A DNA stretch of 64,000 bases, taken from NCBI GenBank assembly GCA_963623095.1, contig CAVFKD010000002.1, positions 8,615 to 72,614 on the forward strand, given 5' to 3'. The first letter of the stretch is position 1, and each line of letters opens with the position of its first letter. This document shows positions 60,737-64,000 of this stretch, one piece after another. Below the pieces are notes generated by a model that was not told the origin of the DNA, made no database searches, and saw only the letters and a list, made by a program, of their open reading frames with translations. Source of the stretch: a bacterium. GTDB taxonomy: Bacteria; Bacillota_I; Bacilli_A; RFN20; CAG-449. Position numbers and translations under genes: made by a program.

Positions 60737-61460
60737 AATCTTCTAAACCAAATACGTTAAATATAATTTTATCAATTGATGTATCTTTGTTATTTAATAA
60801 ATATTCTTTGCATGTATTTATGGCAATCTTACTTGCTTCATTTTTAGGAAAACCATATATACCAGTTGAAATGCAACAAAACACAATACTATTTAATTTC
60901 ATTTCATTAGCCTTATCTAAGCATGCTTTATAGCATGAAGTTAAATCATTAATATTCGATGAAGTTAATTTATTTTGCACAATTGGTCCAACTGTATGGA
61001 AGATATATTTAGAAGGTAAAGAATAACCTTTAGTTACTTTACATTTTCCATTTTCTTCTTCATGTCCTTGTTTTTGCATAATATCAATTAAATCTCTTCT
61101 TACTTGTAAGCCAGAAAAAGAATGAATCGCATTATCAATACAGCTATGATTAGGAACAAAACAGCCAAGTAATTGACTATTGCAAGCATTAACAATTGCA
61201 TCAGCTTTTAAAGTAGTAATATCACCTTGATAGATCGTTAAATGGTCTTTATATTCTAAAGAATCAACATCTACAATCTTCTTTTTCTTTAATTCATTTT
61301 TAAGTACTATATCTTGAGAAGAATAATATTCATCGCTTAGATTATAAGGCATAGTAATATTCATTAAGCTTCTAAAAGTATTAAAATCAGTTTTTAAAAC
61401 TAATGAATTGATATTATTAACTTTTGATAAATAAGAGATACAATATTTTAATTCATCCAT
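60708..61460 (-). CDS. Macrodomain protein (ADP-ribose hydrolase type) with N-terminal extension
   Basis: Contains GDITTLKADAIVNACNSQLLG, IDNAIHSFSG and CISTGIYGFP. The start is moved to ATG 61460 (AAGGAA SD). The ORF track gives 61481. Confidence 0.82.
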   Translation of the reverse strand: MDELKYCISYLSKVNNINSLVLKTDFNTFRSLMNITMPYNLSDEYYSSQDIVLKNELKKKKIVDVDSLEYKDHLTIYQGDITTLKADAIVNACNSQLLGCFVPNHSCIDNAIHSFSGLQVRRDLIDIMQKQGHEEENGKCKVTKGYSLPSKYIFHTVGPIVQNKLTSSNINDLTSCYKACLDKANEMKLNSIVFCCISTGIYGFPKNEASKIAINTCKEYLLNNKDTSIDKIIFNVFGLEDYEYYKRNID

Positions 61461-61461
61461 T

Positions 61462-61863
61462 TTATTTTTCCTTGATTTCACTAGGTGCAGAATAGAAATT
61501 ATATTTTAAAGCATGGATTTCTTCTAATTTATAAGTCACTAATCTTCCATCTCCAGGTTTATATAATTGTGAAGGTCCTGTAGGATCTTTTAAAATAGCT
61601 TCTTGAACTTCGATTCTATTATCTTTAATTACTTTCGCACTTACTCTTATCCAAGATCCCATATCATACATTCCAGATATTTCAATATAAGGACTTGCTT
61701 CTAATTCTTTATATACTTCTTTTCCAACACCGGTACAAATATAAGCGTGATCTTCAAATTCAGTAATTGAAGAAAATGGTCTTACTTTAGGTTTAGAATC
61801 TAAACCACTAGTCGCGATATAAAATACTTTTACTTTTTTTAATTCATCTACAATATTATTCAT
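61462..61863 (-). CDS. Pyridoxamine-5'-phosphate-oxidase-like FMN-binding family protein
   Basis: 133-aa split-barrel pattern: VFYIATSGLDSKPKVRPF...YICTGVGKEVYKEL...PYIEISG. Confidence 0.6.
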   Translation of the reverse strand: MNNIVDELKKVKVFYIATSGLDSKPKVRPFSSITEFEDHAYICTGVGKEVYKELEASPYIEISGMYDMGSWIRVSAKVIKDNRIEVQEAILKDPTGPSQLYKPGDGRLVTYKLEEIHALKYNFYSAPSEIKEK

Positions 61864-61864
61864 G

Positions 61865-62194
61865 TTATTTCTTTCCTTGGTTTTTTAAATCTTCTCCCCA
61901 TTTTTTCATTACTTGAATAACAGGAAGTAAAGAATTTCCTAATTCTGTTAAAGAATATTCAACTTTTGGAGGAACAACTGGATATACTTCACGATGTATT
62001 AATCCATCAGATTCCATTTCTCTAAGTTGTTGAGTTAACATTTTTTGAGTGATTGGAGATAAAGATTTCTTTAATTCATTAAATCTTTTAGTTCCTCCCA
62101 TCAATTCACGAATAATTAATATCTTCCACTTATCTGAAATAAAATTTAAGCATGTTTCAACAGGGCATGCTGGTAAGCTTGCATAATCTATCAT
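61865..62194 (-). CDS. HxlR-family winged-helix transcriptional regulator
   Basis: Contains CPVETCLNFISDKWKILIIREL, RFNELKKSL and PPKVEYSLTELG. Confidence 0.85.
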   Translation of the reverse strand: MIDYASLPACPVETCLNFISDKWKILIIRELMGGTKRFNELKKSLSPITQKMLTQQLREMESDGLIHREVYPVVPPKVEYSLTELGNSLLPVIQVMKKWGEDLKNQGKK

Positions 62195-62244
62195 AGTTCT
62201 TCCTCCATAGTTTCATTATTAACTATAGTATACAATAAGATACC

Positions 62245-62874
62245 TTATTTTGATACAACAGAAATTCTTTCTTTATTAAATTTATTTCCTTCGATGATAT
62301 CTTTCATCGCTAAAGCATAATCATCATAGCTAATAGTTGATTCACCTTTAGAATTGAAGATTAATTCTTCTCCTCCAAGGATATAGCCATTTGTGTTAAC
62401 TCCATCAACTACAAAGTTACAAGCTGGTGATACATAAACCCAGTTTAAAGATTTTGATTCTCTTAAAGTTTTTAATCCTTCTCCATGTGCGGAAGATAAT
62501 GGTTTCCAACTATCTGGGAAAGAAGGTCCCATATCAACGCTGATTGTTCTTTCTTTATTAACGAATAATGAACCTGCACCACCTACTACATATAATTTAG
62601 TAGATGTATTTTCTAAAATGTTCGCTAAATGTTTCATTGCAATTGTAATATTTGGAATAGTTTCACTAGTCCATCCTCCAACTGCATCAACAATTACATC
62701 ATAGTTTTTTGCTTCTTCTTTAGTTAATAATGTAACATCTTTTTGAATATAAGTTTTTACATTACCTTTATTTTCACTTTTACCTAAACCTACTACTTCA
62801 TGTCCTGATTTTTCTAATGCTTTTGCGATTCTTCCTCCAGCATTACCGTTAGATCCAATAATTAATATTTTCAT
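62245..62874 (-). CDS. NAD(P)H-binding (NmrA/atypical SDR, flavin-reductase-like) protein
   Basis: N-terminal Rossmann motif MKILIIGSNGNAGGRI. Confidence 0.75.
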   Translation of the reverse strand: MKILIIGSNGNAGGRIAKALEKSGHEVVGLGKSENKGNVKTYIQKDVTLLTKEEAKNYDVIVDAVGGWTSETIPNITIAMKHLANILENTSTKLYVVGGAGSLFVNKERTISVDMGPSFPDSWKPLSSAHGEGLKTLRESKSLNWVYVSPACNFVVDGVNTNGYILGGEELIFNSKGESTISYDDYALAMKDIIEGNKFNKERISVVSK

Positions 62875-62896
62875 ATTTTTAATACTCCTTTTTTGT

Positions 62897-62921
62897 TGTA
62901 AGTTGGTACCTTTAACTTACA
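62897..62921. promoter_or_regulatory. Inverted repeat in the 5' region of the NAD(P)H-binding/HxlR operon
   Basis: TGTAAGTT-GGTACCTTT-AACTTACA has 8-bp perfect arms. It lies about 20 nt upstream of the AAGGAG SD. Confidence 0.45.
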
Positions 62922-63013
62922 AATGCATTATAAAATATGAGTTGCAAAATAAAAAGTACGCACTTTAAAGTGGTATAGTTACCATTTTGATACTGTGTGT
63001 ACTTTTATTTAAA

Positions 63014-63526
63014 TTATTTTAATAAGTAAGCGATTAAGAATCCAATAAAGAAACAAGCTTGTGATAGCCCATTACATATTTGTTCTATCCAGTTAGATTT
63101 AGGATCACTTGAATCTAGTTTTATTGCAAAAACCACCATCATTGCCATACCAATAAATCCTAATATAAGGAATACAATACAAAATTGATTTAATAATGAA
63201 TTAAAGAAGATATTCATATTTTCATTAAAACAAGCAATAATAAATCCAACAATCATAATGACAAATCCAATAGGCATAGCGATACGCATTTGAATAAACA
63301 TTGCCCATATATTTTTGTTTTTAGTCGCGACTATTATTTTCCAAATTACTTTAATTAAACCAGATAAGAATGTAATACATGCACCGATTATAAAAATAAT
63401 ACTAGAAAAAGATAATCCTAAAATAATACTTGCAAGACCAAAGAAAATAACAGGTAAAGCATCAACTAATGCAAGGGAAACGCTGAAACCTTCAGGAACC
63501 ATATCTTTTGATATTTTTTGTTTCAT
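63014..63526 (-). CDS. Hypothetical polytopic membrane protein (170 aa)
   Basis: Five or so hydrophobic helices. The start abuts the stop of the upstream amidohydrolase gene. Confidence 0.55.
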   Translation of the reverse strand: MKQKISKDMVPEGFSVSLALVDALPVIFFGLASIILGLSFSSIIFIIGACITFLSGLIKVIWKIIVATKNKNIWAMFIQMRIAMPIGFVIMIVGFIIACFNENMNIFFNSLLNQFCIVFLILGFIGMAMMVVFAIKLDSSDPKSNWIEQICNGLSQACFFIGFLIAYLLK

Positions 63527-64000
63527 CTATAACACCTTATTTCCTTTGACATATTTGCCAATTATATCTCTTTCATCAGATAGATATATCGCGGTAATGA
63601 TTCTATTTTCTAATGTTAGTTTATTAGGATGTTTAATTCTTGAATCATCAATAATTACTGCATCAAATTCATAATCTTTTTCAAAAGAGCCTACTTTGCC
63701 AAAGAAACTTCCTCCAGCCTTTGTTGCAAGAAAGAATCCTTCCGCTTCACTTAGATATTTATATTGTTGATCTAAGATTCTCCATCTCATCTTACTGGCT
63801 TTGATAGTTTCTTCAATTGCTTTAAACATATTTAAGCTTGTTCCCGCGGCAATATCAGAACCAAGTCCTATATTAAATCCTTCATCAAGATATTTTCTTA
63901 CTGGCGCAATACCACTTCTTACATTGATATTAGATTCAGGACAATGGACAATATATACTCCATTATCTTTCATTAATTTTAATTCTTCATCAGTTGAATA
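63527..64000 (-). CDS. Amidohydrolase-superfamily protein (guanine-deaminase/chlorohydrolase-like), C-terminal part; 5' end beyond window
   Basis: The frame stays open to 64000 (..YSTDEELKLMKDNGVYIVHCPESN...GLGSDIAAG). HCPxSN and GxGxD are typical of this family. Confidence 0.7.
   Translation of the reverse strand, partial: YSTDEELKLMKDNGVYIVHCPESNINVRSGIAPVRKYLDEGFNIGLGSDIAAGTSLNMFKAIEETIKASKMRWRILDQQYKYLSEAEGFFLATKAGGSFFGKVGSFEKDYEFDAVIIDDSRIKHPNKLTLENRIITAIYLSDERDIIGKYVKGNKVL

Overview
AT-rich, low-GC Bacillota-type chromosome segment; gene content and ribosomal-protein extensions suggest an Erysipelotrichia/Mollicutes-related organism (inference). It uses genetic code 11: TGG encodes Trp and TGA is used as a stop. 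Every gene I can support lies on the minus strand. All plus-strand ORFs in the track overlap minus-strand genes antisense and look like artefacts.

Gene order, from high to low coordinates:
- An accessory block: amidohydrolase fragment, membrane protein, NAD(P)H-binding protein, then HxlR, PNPOx-like, macrodomain and SirTM-like sirtuin genes.
- XRE-HTH plus MBL-fold hydrolase, then a serine-recombinase remnant.
- COG2509 flavoprotein, DUF5662-like protein, GH13 amylase and an alpha/beta hydrolase.
- tyrS with a Tyr T-box leader.
- An unannotated 58-aa double-glycine-leader peptide gene coupled to radC.
- purB, purA, a second COG2509 flavoprotein, sdaA, ppa and a second hydrolase.
- rpsL-rpsG-fusA-tuf.
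- A lysine-riboswitch-controlled amino-acid ABC transporter, then a divergent def.
- tgt-queA-queH plus an unknown gene.
- The complete S10-spc-alpha ribosomal cluster (no rpmD), then udk and tRNA-Lys(CUU).
- Two RDD membrane proteins.
- An 8-gene ABC/lipoprotein/thermonuclease operon, a membrane protein, and uvrA (truncated at the window edge).

Most interesting observations:
- The GG-leader peptide next to a JAB/RadC gene.
- The orphan SirTM/macrodomain pair in a redox-type operon.
- A bilin-reductase-like unknown gene coupled to queH.
- The nuclease-ABC surface module.
- An unclassified structured leader with a terminator upstream of purB.

No CRISPR array, rRNA gene, intact mobile element or prophage was seen. 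Hand-called coordinates of small features may be off by 1-2 nt.
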